Shown piece by piece: positions 47,311-56,476 of a DNA stretch of 64,000 nt. The translations under genes and the position numbers were made by a program. Position 1 is the stretch's first letter; every line of letters begins with the position of its first letter. The notes beneath the pieces were generated by a model, which saw only the letters and a list, made by a program, of their open reading frames with translations, had not been told where the DNA came from and did no database searches. The stretch is from positions 258,634-322,633 of the IMG/VR virus record IMGVR_UViG_3300031576_000001; one strand, given 5' to 3'.

Positions 47311-47600
47311 GGGGCTAGGCGTAGGTGTCTAAGCTCCTTGACACGGCTGTCAAAGACCAGAGCCGTCAACTGGTTACCCAGGTCGGGCTCGCAGAAGTTA
47401 GCGGTCGCCTTGGGGAGCAGCGCGTAGAGCGCCCCTTCGTTGTCCACCTAGAGGAAGACCAGCGTGTTGCCACCCTCGTACCAAAGGCGAGCTTTCTCCG
47501 GGTTACGCATGACAAACTCTACCAGGGCGTGCATCCCCTGGACAGCCTGAGCGCCAGGGGAGAGGTCGCTACGTGTCACGATGTAAAGTTTCTGTGTCAT
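47226..47600 (-). pseudogene. PTH2-like peptidyl-tRNA hydrolase with an in-frame TAG
   Basis: MTQKLYIVTRSDLSPGAQAVQGMHA...NTLVFL*VDNE...FCEPDLGNQLTA; TAG at 47448-47450. Confidence 0.75.
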
Positions 47601-47811
47601 GGTTTTCTTGGTCTCCTATCACCCCGAGTGGGGTACTACACAGGACACCCACGTCTCCCAAGGCTTTCTTTGCCTTGTCTGCTACCTCGGGCACCCACGT
47701 TGCGAAGATGAGGTAGCCCTCGTTGTCGTTGGACTCTACCCACACGGTTCTGTGCCCAGCACGGATAGCGCGTGTAATTGCCTCGCGGGCTACTTCTTGG
47801 ATGGTTGGCAT
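47569..47811 (-). CDS. small hypothetical protein
   Basis: AGGA SD; part of the operon. Confidence 0.5.
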   Translation of the reverse strand: MPTIQEVAREAITRAIRAGHRTVWVESNDNEGYLIFATWVPEVADKAKKALGDVGVLCSTPLGVIGDQENHDTETLHRDT

Positions 47812-47821
47812 GGTTTCCTTG

Positions 47822-49030
47822 TTAGAAGCGAATGCGCCAGCTTACGGTGATGCTTCGTATCGTGCGCTGCCAGGTGTGTTCCCGGGTTACACGTCGCGTG
47901 TAAAAGGAGTCCTCTGACACCCCTGTAGCCCTCGCGTGACTCTCTATGAAAGCCAACTCACCCACGGTCATGTCGTCTACGTCCTTGTTGAAGTAGGTGC
48001 AGTGCTCCGTGGTGGTGCCAACACTGGCGGTGCTGTCCGGGTTCCACCCAAGGAACTCCTCGTCGGTACGGTCCGGTTGCCCTGGCCGAGGGAAGGGCTT
48101 GACCAGGCTGTAGAACACGGTTTCCAGAGGGAGCCCCCAGTGCGCGCCCGTGACCGCCAGTGTCAACTTGTCCGGGGAGACGTGTAGTTCATGCCAGCGA
48201 AAAGCAGTGCTCTCTTCGCTACCCTGGAAAGAAAAGTCCGCCCGCCGCCCCGTGTCAAGCTCGATGACGGTGCAACCCTGGGTGCGCTCTGCGCAGAGTA
48301 GGTAGTCGTGCCCGTTGGGGTGCGCTATCACCCATGCGAAGGGGAAGTCAGTGTGTTGCCTCCTGACCTCGCACCAAAGCCCTTCAACCTGACCGTGACG
48401 GTAGCAGGGGGTTTTGCTGTCTGCGTCGAGCACCTTGGTAATGGTCAGCGTGTAGGTGCGCCCGTCAGCTCGCGGGGGACTAACGTGCCTCTCTACCTCC
48501 CCGTGGTTCTCTTTGGCAAAGAGGGTGTCAGCATGAAACCCTTCCAAAGCCTTCTGTACTTGCGTGTCCAGCTTGGCTACAGCTTGTCTACGCAAGCCAG
48601 GCGAGAGGCTACGTAGCTCCGGGTAGAGCCTCTTGGCTTCGCCGTAGGGAGTCTTGTTGCGGTGCTGAGTCAGGACTCGCCAGGGCTCATCCGACGTGGG
48701 GTCGAGAGCCTTCTCCAACCCAGGGATACACAAGCTGCGTAGCACGTCGATCTGGCTTACAGAGAGGTTTCGTCCGTGCTGATACTTCGGCTCTTGCCGC
48801 CAGAGGGGGCGCCCACGAAGGATGCTATAGGCTACCAATAGCGCCCTTGTCTGTACCCCGAGGTACTTGCGCTGGGCTTGTAGCTTGCACCGCTCTTGTC
48901 CGGTAGCTGCCCCACCCTCTTTGAGCTTCTGTATCTCAGCGGAGAGGGCTCTACTCCTAGCTTCCCTGACCTTGATCTGCTCTTTGATAAGAGCCCGCAA
49001 GGCGAGCTTGTCTGCGTCGTGGTCTTCCAT
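47822..49030 (-). CDS. hypothetical protein
   Basis: 402-aa ORF; GGTGTA motif at 49070. Confidence 0.75.
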   Translation of the reverse strand: MEDHDADKLALRALIKEQIKVREARSRALSAEIQKLKEGGAATGQERCKLQAQRKYLGVQTRALLVAYSILRGRPLWRQEPKYQHGRNLSVSQIDVLRSLCIPGLEKALDPTSDEPWRVLTQHRNKTPYGEAKRLYPELRSLSPGLRRQAVAKLDTQVQKALEGFHADTLFAKENHGEVERHVSPPRADGRTYTLTITKVLDADSKTPCYRHGQVEGLWCEVRRQHTDFPFAWVIAHPNGHDYLLCAERTQGCTVIELDTGRRADFSFQGSEESTAFRWHELHVSPDKLTLAVTGAHWGLPLETVFYSLVKPFPRPGQPDRTDEEFLGWNPDSTASVGTTTEHCTYFNKDVDDMTVGELAFIESHARATGVSEDSFYTRRVTREHTWQRTIRSITVSWRIRF

Positions 49031-49290
49031 GGTAACAATCTCTCGTGTTTGGGTGCCTGGCGGAAGGGGTACACCGAGAGAGCCACGGGGAGGACCACGC
49101 TTGCGGGGGAGCTAGAAGAAGGCTTTCATGGTGAGCGTAGGGTAACCAGGGTTAGAGGTTGGTACAAGGGGTGCGCCCTGCGGGAGTTGAACCCGCGCAA
49201 AAGAACTTTAGAGGCTCTGTACTCTACCTTTGAGTTAAAGGCGCGTTGTGTGGGCTTCTGCTCGATCTCACGAGGTAGCCCGTTGTGAAG

Positions 49291-49734
49291 TCAGTCTTCC
49301 GAGAGGCGGTCAGGGCGCCTGTGGTCCTGGCGAGCCTTCCCGCCGCCCCCGCTGCGCTTACCCTTCCCACCACCGCCGCCTCCACGGTCACCGCCGCCCC
49401 CGCCGCCAAAGTCACGGCGAGGGGGTGGGCGAGGGTTGGCAGCGCGGCGGGCGGTCTCGGTCTCGGAGATCCACTGGTCCGCCTGGGTGATGAGGTCGGC
49501 GGCGCGGTAGAGGTCCGTCCTGACGATGCCATCCTCGAAGAAGGCGCGCACGTTGAGGTAGGGGGCACCGGTACCGTCCTTGCGTGTCCGACCGACCGAG
49601 ACGGAGTACAGAACCCCCCTGTCCGTGGTGGCCGTCTTGACGGTACAGATGACCTCACCATCGGTAAAGGTCTGGGCTACCTCCCAAACGAGGGGAGGGC
49701 GGGAGGGATCGGCAGAAGAGGCGTAGTCGCTCAT
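49291..49734 (-). CDS. hypothetical protein with an R/G-rich tail (possible nucleic-acid binding)
   Basis: GGGGGGDRGGGGGGKGKR tail; GGTGTA motif at 49768. Confidence 0.6.
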   Translation of the reverse strand: MSDYASSADPSRPPLVWEVAQTFTDGEVICTVKTATTDRGVLYSVSVGRTRKDGTGAPYLNVRAFFEDGIVRTDLYRAADLITQADQWISETETARRAANPRPPPRRDFGGGGGGDRGGGGGGKGKRSGGGGKARQDHRRPDRLSED

Positions 49735-49754
49735 GGCTTTGTCTTGGTTCTCTC

Positions 49755-50696
49755 TCAAAAGGCGTTATACACCGGCAAGGGTAAGCTGTCGGCAAGCGTA
49801 AGCAGTTGGTGGTTCAAGGCGATCAAGGCGTCGCGGTCTTCTAGAGGCTCCAAGAGGGTGCTGTCTACGCCCTCCAAGCCGTAGAACGCCCCGAGGAGAG
49901 CCCCGACCATGCTAGCAATGGTGTCAGTATCACCCCCTCTACGGATGGCTAGCTCGATACCCTCCTTAAAGGAGGTAGCTACCGCGGCCAGCGCAAAGAC
50001 AACCGCCACGTCTGCTGTGACCCCTCTAGGTGGGAGAGCCTTGAGGTACCCCGCCAGGGAGTGCCTGGGCAAGGGCTGAGGGAAGTTCTCAAAAATGTCG
50101 TGTAGTTTCCCGGCTGGCAGCATGGTAGCCACCTTCTTAGCCAGGTAGGTAGGTGTGGTTACCTGTAGGGCTAGTAGACCCACCCCAAGAGCGATAGCCA
50201 TGCTGCCGTGCCTTGCCTCGGGGGACTGGTGGGTCAACGAAGCGTCCACGTCGGCGTATCGCGCGGCTAGGTCCAGGTCATGCCGGAAAGCCAGCCCGAT
50301 GGGCGATACCCTCATGGCGGTACCGTTGCCCTGTGAGCCAGCGACCCCACAGGTTGTCGGGCTCTTGGTGCGTAGGTACTTCAAGATAGCCTCACGCACG
50401 GTGTTCCCCATCCCCCTGCACGAACCGGACTGAAACCACTTGTAGTAGCTCTCCATGACGGCGCTGGGGTTGAACGTCTTCTCTTGGACGAGGGACTTGG
50501 CAAGCGCCACGGTCATCTGGGTGTCGTCCGTGACCTGACCTGGCTCAATCATGAGCCAATTGTTGCGCGTGGGTAGGTAGGAGTGCCCATCCCAGTCAAG
50601 CAAGAGGGGGCTGAGGCTCATCCTCCCCTCGAAAGGTGCGCCCAGTGCGTCCCCTACGGCAACCCCGACGAGCGGGGCAGGCGTGCGGTCTTTCAC
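49755..50696 (-). CDS. ADP-ribosylglycohydrolase (DraG/ARH family)
   Basis: GDALGAPFE, TDDTQM, GNGTAMR, SLTH and GGDTDT; in-frame TTA at 49782. Confidence 0.93.
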   Translation of the reverse strand: MKDRTPAPLVGVAVGDALGAPFEGRMSLSPLLLDWDGHSYLPTRNNWLMIEPGQVTDDTQMTVALAKSLVQEKTFNPSAVMESYYKWFQSGSCRGMGNTVREAILKYLRTKSPTTCGVAGSQGNGTAMRVSPIGLAFRHDLDLAARYADVDASLTHQSPEARHGSMAIALGVGLLALQVTTPTYLAKKVATMLPAGKLHDIFENFPQPLPRHSLAGYLKALPPRGVTADVAVVFALAAVATSFKEGIELAIRRGGDTDTIASMVGALLGAFYGLEGVDSTLLEPLEDRDALIALNHQLLTLADSLPLPVYNAF

Positions 50697-50926
50697 AGGT
50701 CCATTCCTTCCGCTAGTCGGGCTTGCTCAGGGTTGAGCGTCCCGCGGTCCCTGGCAACTTTGACAAGCTGCAAAAACTCCCTGGTTAGATGGTCCTCCGT
50801 GAGCGCCGCGAGGATAGCGTCCAAGTCGCCAGTCGCAAAACCAGAAACCAGCCCGTCGAGGTAATCTCTTCGGAGAATGTAACCCTCTCGGTACAGCTTT
50901 ACCCAGCGGTCCACTTGAAGCGTCAT
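50693..50926 (-). CDS. small hypothetical protein
   Basis: GTGA-coupled to the ADP-ribosylglycohydrolase gene. Confidence 0.55.
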   Translation of the reverse strand: MTLQVDRWVKLYREGYILRRDYLDGLVSGFATGDLDAILAALTEDHLTREFLQLVKVARDRGTLNPEQARLAEGMDL

Positions 50927-51089
50927 TGTACAATCCAGGCTTTCTCGGCGGTCCAGTCGTGAAGCCAGTCCCCCCAGCGCGTGGGAAGCACTTCCATGAG
51001 GGGGTGTGCTACGCAGTTATGTAGGACGCGCCAGACACGCTTTTCCAGGTGGAGCATTACACCTATCATAGAGGGTATAATAGCACACC

Positions 51090-51719
51090 ATGACAGATTG
51101 GAGCAAGTTCCTTGAAAATCTGCTCCCGGGCATCATTACAGGAGCCGGATCGGCGGTTACGACCGTCTACACGTTCGTCCAGGGCTTGCGAAAACAAGTC
51201 ACGGAGCTTGAAGTCAAGGTTGCCGCCCTGGACACGGCTTTGAAAGCCCTGGATGGTAGGGTGGGTGTGTACGACCCCGTTTCTGGGAGTCGCTCTGGTT
51301 TGTTCAAGGGACTCTCAGACCTCTCTGGTACCGTGGTGACCATTGATGCTCGCGTGGGGCACTTCGACTCCAACACGGGGGCGCGCACGGGAATGCTTGG
51401 CGTTCTTGACGCCCTCTCGGACAAGCTGGAGCGCGAAGCCAACCAAGCCCAGAGAGGGTCTATCGACACCCAGGCTATTGAGGAGCGTATTGAGCGTAGG
51501 GTCCAGGTCAGGCTAGACCTCTTGGAGAGGCGCCTTGCGGAGCTAACGGAAATTGTGAACCAATGTGTGACCTACGAAAACTACGAAGTGACGAGCCAGC
51601 GCCGAGCGGAGGAACTGGTCAAGATCAGGGAGAGTGTAGCCTCCCTGGCGGGGATGCTCTCCGTGGTCAAGGGCTACCTGGACCCCACGCCAGCCCCGAA
51701 GAAGGGGGTGCCAAGGTGA
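51090..51719 (+). CDS. membrane-anchored coiled-coil protein
   Basis: Hydrophobic N-terminus, heptads, internal duplication LDGRVGVYD/IDARVGHFD. Confidence 0.65.
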   Translation: MTDWSKFLENLLPGIITGAGSAVTTVYTFVQGLRKQVTELEVKVAALDTALKALDGRVGVYDPVSGSRSGLFKGLSDLSGTVVTIDARVGHFDSNTGARTGMLGVLDALSDKLEREANQAQRGSIDTQAIEERIERRVQVRLDLLERRLAELTEIVNQCVTYENYEVTSQRRAEELVKIRESVASLAGMLSVVKGYLDPTPAPKKGVPR

Positions 51720-51886
51720 AGTCTGTACCCCCCGTGTCTGCCCGCGAGCAAGAGCTTATCGAGGCGTTGACCCAGATCACGCAAGACCTGGAGGAAGAGG
51801 TAGCGGAATGTGTTACGCTAGCCAAGAGACGTAGTGGTCAGTGGCCCGCCCCTCCCAAGCGTGAACGTCGTGACACCCTCCCTTGA
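51716..51886 (+). CDS. small hypothetical protein
   Basis: GTGA overlap with the upstream gene. Confidence 0.45.
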   Translation: MKSVPPVSAREQELIEALTQITQDLEEEVAECVTLAKRRSGQWPAPPKRERRDTLP

Positions 51887-52307
51887 CGTGTCCGTGATAC
51901 TGCCCCCCTTTCTCTGGCAAGGGGGTTGCCCACCCCCAGGGGACACGTTGGCACGCCAGGGTTGGAAGTCTCTGGTTCTCTGCGCGGAGGAATGGACCAA
52001 TGCCGGGCTGTACCAGGACATCGAGGTACTCTGCGCGCCTAACCAGGACAACGGGCTTCTCACTCAGAAACAATGGGAACGTGCTCGGTCAGCGGCGCGC
52101 TGGGTAGCCAGGCGTATCGAGCAAAACCAGAAGGTACTGGTGACGTGCATGGCAGGGCTAAACCGCTCTGGGCTAGTCACGGCGCTGGTTCTGCATGAGC
52201 GTATGGGCTGGTGCGGCGCTCGTTGTGTGAGTCACGTAAAGCAGGCGCGCGATGAGTTTGCCTTGACCAACCCTGCCTTTGTCAACGCCCTTCTTAGCTT
52301 GAAGTGA
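51870..52307 (+). CDS. dual-specificity/tyrosine phosphatase-like protein (start uncertain)
   Basis: KVLVTCMAGLNRSG (Cx5R) and NPAF. Confidence 0.85.
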   Translation: MTPSLDVSVILPPFLWQGGCPPPGDTLARQGWKSLVLCAEEWTNAGLYQDIEVLCAPNQDNGLLTQKQWERARSAARWVARRIEQNQKVLVTCMAGLNRSGLVTALVLHERMGWCGARCVSHVKQARDEFALTNPAFVNALLSLK

Positions 52308-52372
52308 GGTCGGGCACTGACCCGGCTACTCCGTTCAGCTTGGGGGGGCGAGCCACGGGTTTAGTAAGAGAC

Positions 52373-52798
52373 TCAGCTTGGGGTCAGCCCACCCGAAGAG
52401 GGTGGGGTGGACGCTGGGGGCGGGGCAGGGGGAGGGGGAGCTTGCGGTGTGACCTTACGGATGGTGAGGGTAGCAAAGTCAAGCTGCCACTGACCTGAGC
52501 CGTTCACCAAGTCGATCCCCTTGGCTGTCATCATTTCCCTGGTTTTCTGGGTAAATGCCTCTTCGTGTTGGCGGTAGAGGGTGGCGTACCGGTCTACCTT
52601 GTCTTCTGCGATCTTGAGGGCGCCCTTGTAAGCTGCGGATTCGAGGGCAGCCGTAGCTAGCCCGTCCCGTGTGGCGGTGAGGATGCTAACTTGCTGACGT
52701 ACCGCTACCTTCTCCTCTTCCGTGAGGTTGTACTCAAGCTGGGGCAGGACGTTAGAAGGGTCTGAGGCTTCCGTCTGAGGCTTCCGGTGTTTTGCCAT
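52373..52798 (-). CDS. coiled-coil protein downstream of the fibre gene (possible chaperone)
   Basis: Position and composition only. Confidence 0.6.
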   Translation of the reverse strand: MAKHRKPQTEASDPSNVLPQLEYNLTEEEKVAVRQQVSILTATRDGLATAALESAAYKGALKIAEDKVDRYATLYRQHEEAFTQKTREMMTAKGIDLVNGSGQWQLDFATLTIRKVTPQAPPPPAPPPASTPPSSGGLTPS

Positions 52799-52837
52799 GG
52801 TGCCGCGACAAGTTAGCCTGAGACGCCATGGAAAGCA

Positions 52838-52883
52838 ACAACCCCTGGTAGCCCTCGCTGAGAGGCACCCTACCAGGGGTTGT
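52838..52883. terminator. hairpin after the fibre gene
   Basis: 14-bp perfect inverted repeat ACAACCCCTGGTAG/CTACCAGGGGTTGT. Confidence 0.65.
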
Positions 52884-52885
52884 GG

Positions 52886-55800
52886 TCAGGAGTCAGCTAA
52901 GGCTAAGGTGAGGAGAACGGCGTCACCGATCTGGATGAGCACCTTGACCAAGCCGGCACCACCTCGGGTAACTATGCCCACCTTGAGGACATAGTTTGTG
53001 GCGGTCGTGGGCGCCGTGAGTGTCCAGAAGCCAGCGGAGACACCCGTTCCGGTCGCTGAGAGGAACGCGCGTTGACCCACGTTAGCGTCCGTAGGTACGC
53101 TGTCCCACACTGCGTCAGGCACAGAGACTTCACCGGCAACGATGACCGAGATGCTAGCGTTTGCGGCGGCGATGGCGGCAGCAACACCGATTACGTTGGC
53201 GTCAAGTTCGCTGGTTGTGTTGGCGTCAGCGTGGAAGATACGGTTGTCGTTAGCTCCGTCATCCTTGACACAGACCAGCTTGAAAGCCCCCAGTGCGTAG
53301 GTGCCGTTGACGGTCCCCGTCATGGTGACGGCGTTGGCACCTACCCCGCTGTGAGTGTGCAGAGCGTCCGCGTTGGACCCATTGGTCAGCGTGGTAAGGT
53401 TGGCACCGGTAACGGAAGAGGAAGTAGTGCTACCATTGATGGTGAGCTGTACCCCGGAAGCCAGCGCAAACGAGGTTGCAGAAGCTACCGTGGCAACCGC
53501 TGCCCCTGCAAACTGCTGAATGACGCCTGCGGTACCATTGAGGGTAAGCGCGCCAGCCGAAGTGCTCCACGTCGAAGCTGCTGCGGCAGTGATGGTCAAC
53601 GCGCCTGCCGTGGTGCTCCACGTAGAGGCTGCCGCTCCGGTAAGGGTCAAACCACCGGCACTTGTCGTGAAACTAGACGCTGCGTTAGCCGAAAGGTTGA
53701 CGGAGCCTGTTAGTTGACCAAGGTTGCCTGTGATCGTGGTGGTGACACCCGAAGCGCCCATGTTGATGGCGCTGGTGTTCGTAGCGCCAATGTTGACTGC
53801 ACCGTCTGTACCGCCTGTGCTATCACCGCCGCGAATCGTGACGGAACCGCCAGCACCCGCGCCCGTAACTGCACCACCAGCGACGGTTACCGAACCACCA
53901 GCAACAGTCGTAGCAGCACCCGCTGTAATGCTGACGTTACCGCCGACACCATTGGTGCCACCCGCTGTAGTACCACCAGTACCAGCCGTTAGAGTGATGC
54001 TACCACCGGCACCACCTGTGCCTGTAGTGGTATCGTTACCACCGGCACCAGCAATGCCAGAGAAACCACCACCGGCACCCGCGATACCACCACCTACAGT
54101 AGCACCACCAACGGCTGCCGTCAGCTCGATGCCACCACCGGCACCACCTGTACCAGCCCCAGCGGTAGCACCGCCAGCACCAGCGTTTATGACTGAGGCG
54201 CCACCAAGACCACCGATACCTGTAGAACCAGCAGCACCACCGGCACCGAGGTTGGCCAGGATGCCAGCACCAGCACCACCGGTACCAATCCCTGTCGCGG
54301 CACCACCTGCTCCAAGGTTGAACTGAACCTTGCCAGGCGAACCACCTGTAGCTGTAGCCGTAGTTCCACCGTTGCCGGTTTCTACTCTGAACCCACCAGT
54401 ATTGCCACCGTTAACAGCTCCAGCGTTGTTAGAGCCTGTGCCCGTTACAAGGTAGATGTACCCCGTAACCGCTAGCGCACCTGTTCCTGCGGTACCTGTG
54501 GTTAGCGTGATGTTGCCGCTCTCAGCGGAGGGTCCATTGCCCGCACCCGTGGTCAGATTGATGTTGCCACTGAAGCCACCAGTGCCTGCGCCAATCGTTG
54601 TACCACCAGCACCAGAAGTCAGGCTAATAGCACCACCGGTGCCAGCTACTCCGGTAGTATTATCATCACCACCAGCACCGGCGGTTGCACTGATAGCACC
54701 ACCATTGCCACCAGTTCCACCGCCGGTGGTAACATCGCCACCATTAGACCCTTGGAGCGTAAAAGCTCCACCAGCTCCAGCTACACCTGTAGCCGTAGCC
54801 CCACCGGCACCCGTTGTCCAGCTAATGGCACCACCGATACCGCCGGCATCGGCCGCAGCACCAGCGCCACCGTTACCAGCAAGCCCAGTGATATCACCAC
54901 CATCACCACCACCGGTAGCACCACCTGTTAGGGTAGCACCACCACCACCAGATGTGATGCTTATAGTGCCACCGTCACCCGCATCAGCAACATCGGATGA
55001 GCCACCCAAACCGGTTGATAGAACAAATCCACCACCGGCACCACCATCACCTGTGCCCGAGTTGGCGCCACCGTCACCACAAAATACGGAGGTGATACCA
55101 CCGGAGCCTGCATTAGTAGCTCCAGTGCTCGCTGAACCGGTACCTGTGGAAGTAACTATCTGTCCACCACCAGCATCGCCATCACCAATGGCAGAACCGG
55201 AGGTAATAGTAACCTCACCACCAGATCCGAAAGTGCTGGCCGAAGAAGTGTTGCCCCCTGTAAGGTTGATCGAACCACCACTAAAGTTCCCAGTAGACGT
55301 AGTATTCGCACCGACGAGGCTAACGTCACCAGCATCGTCACCAATTGCTGAACCACTCGTTAGAGTAATGGCGCCGCCAGCGCCAGTAGCTCCACCGGCA
55401 CCTGCGCTAGCGCTAATAGCACCACCATTACCAGTGCCAATGCCAGCGCCAGCCGTTGCAGACACCGCGCCACCAACAGCGTTACCCGCGGTAGCTGCAC
55501 CCGCTGTGAGCGTCAGGGCACCGCCAGCGTTGTTTGCACCGCCACCCGCACCCGAAGAGAGTGCCAGGATACCACCCACGCCCGCGGTAGAAGCCTCTAC
55601 GGAGAGGGCTCGCGTGCTCGTGGTCTGGTTGAAGGTTATGTCACTGTCTACCTGAGAGCTGAAGACGGTAAGGTCAACCGCCGTGTTGTCTCCGAGGGTG
55701 ACGTTTCCGTTGAGGGTGGTAGCCCCGTCAACATCCAGCGTGCTGTTGAGAGTTGTGGCTTGGTCTACATCCAGAGAACCATCCACGTTGGTCGGTATAC

Positions 55801-56476
55801 CGGATGCACCCAACGTGACGCTGGCCGTGTTGGTAGCTCCGATGACCACCGCACCGTTTGCAGCACCACCATTACCGTTACCCGCACGGAGGGTAAGCGC
55901 GCCGCCTGTCCCTGTAGAGGAGGCACCACCAGCGACCGTTACCGCGCCGCCCGTACCGGCGCCAGGAGCCGCACCTGCCGTTACAGTGAGAGCACCACCC
56001 GCAGCCGTCGTGGTGCCTGCGGCACTTGAAATCGCCAGCGCAAGACCCGTTGTTGCTGCCGCGGTAGGCGCGACAATCGTGACGTTGTGCCCGCCCGCAG
56101 GAGCGTCACCGTAAAAGGTAATGTCAGGGTAGGAGCCCGCCGAGTCGCCCACGTAAGCCCGGAAGGCTACCGTGTCCGTACCAGAACCATCACCGAAGAC
56201 CACGGTGGAGTTGAAGACCGTGGCACCTACAACGGTCTCCGTACCGTCAATCTGCAAGTTACCGAGGACGGTGGTGAGAACACCGCTCTTGCCGATAGAC
56301 ATAGAGGTGATGGCAGAGCCCGCACCGCCTACCACGATGGAGGTAGCGGTGCTGCCTCCTAGCGTAAGGGCACCACCTGTGCGACGGTCAAGTCCGATCC
56401 CTGTTTCCAGGGTGTCCGCAGAGGTAATCTGCTTGTGTACACCAGCGTCAAGTACGAGTGCGGGGAAGTTAGACAT
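52886..56476 (-). CDS. glycine-rich long fibre protein
   Basis: Many GG.i.l..G.GG repeats; C-terminal domain shared with 57818; in-frame TTAs only at 52904 and 52898. Confidence 0.85.
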   Translation of the reverse strand: MSNFPALVLDAGVHKQITSADTLETGIGLDRRTGGALTLGGSTATSIVVGGAGSAITSMSIGKSGVLTTVLGNLQIDGTETVVGATVFNSTVVFGDGSGTDTVAFRAYVGDSAGSYPDITFYGDAPAGGHNVTIVAPTAAATTGLALAISSAAGTTTAAGGALTVTAGAAPGAGTGGAVTVAGGASSTGTGGALTLRAGNGNGGAANGAVVIGATNTASVTLGASGIPTNVDGSLDVDQATTLNSTLDVDGATTLNGNVTLGDNTAVDLTVFSSQVDSDITFNQTTSTRALSVEASTAGVGGILALSSGAGGGANNAGGALTLTAGAATAGNAVGGAVSATAGAGIGTGNGGAISASAGAGGATGAGGAITLTSGSAIGDDAGDVSLVGANTTSTGNFSGGSINLTGGNTSSASTFGSGGEVTITSGSAIGDGDAGGGQIVTSTGTGSASTGATNAGSGGITSVFCGDGGANSGTGDGGAGGGFVLSTGLGGSSDVADAGDGGTISITSGGGGATLTGGATGGGDGGDITGLAGNGGAGAAADAGGIGGAISWTTGAGGATATGVAGAGGAFTLQGSNGGDVTTGGGTGGNGGAISATAGAGGDDNTTGVAGTGGAISLTSGAGGTTIGAGTGGFSGNINLTTGAGNGPSAESGNITLTTGTAGTGALAVTGYIYLVTGTGSNNAGAVNGGNTGGFRVETGNGGTTATATGGSPGKVQFNLGAGGAATGIGTGGAGAGILANLGAGGAAGSTGIGGLGGASVINAGAGGATAGAGTGGAGGGIELTAAVGGATVGGGIAGAGGGFSGIAGAGGNDTTTGTGGAGGSITLTAGTGGTTAGGTNGVGGNVSITAGAATTVAGGSVTVAGGAVTGAGAGGSVTIRGGDSTGGTDGAVNIGATNTSAINMGASGVTTTITGNLGQLTGSVNLSANAASSFTTSAGGLTLTGAAASTWSTTAGALTITAAAASTWSTSAGALTLNGTAGVIQQFAGAAVATVASATSFALASGVQLTINGSTTSSSVTGANLTTLTNGSNADALHTHSGVGANAVTMTGTVNGTYALGAFKLVCVKDDGANDNRIFHADANTTSELDANVIGVAAAIAAANASISVIVAGEVSVPDAVWDSVPTDANVGQRAFLSATGTGVSAGFWTLTAPTTATNYVLKVGIVTRGGAGLVKVLIQIGDAVLLTLALADS

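Noticed and set aside
47448-47450. Genome-wide TAG or TGA sense recoding (codes 15, 4, 25)
   Set aside because: TAG and TGA end well-defined genes (IF-1, Nudix, ATGA/GTGA overlaps), and long genes are not fragmented.
53072-56362. Long plus-strand Pro/Ala-rich ORFs
   Set aside because: Antisense shadows of the Gly-rich fibre gene.
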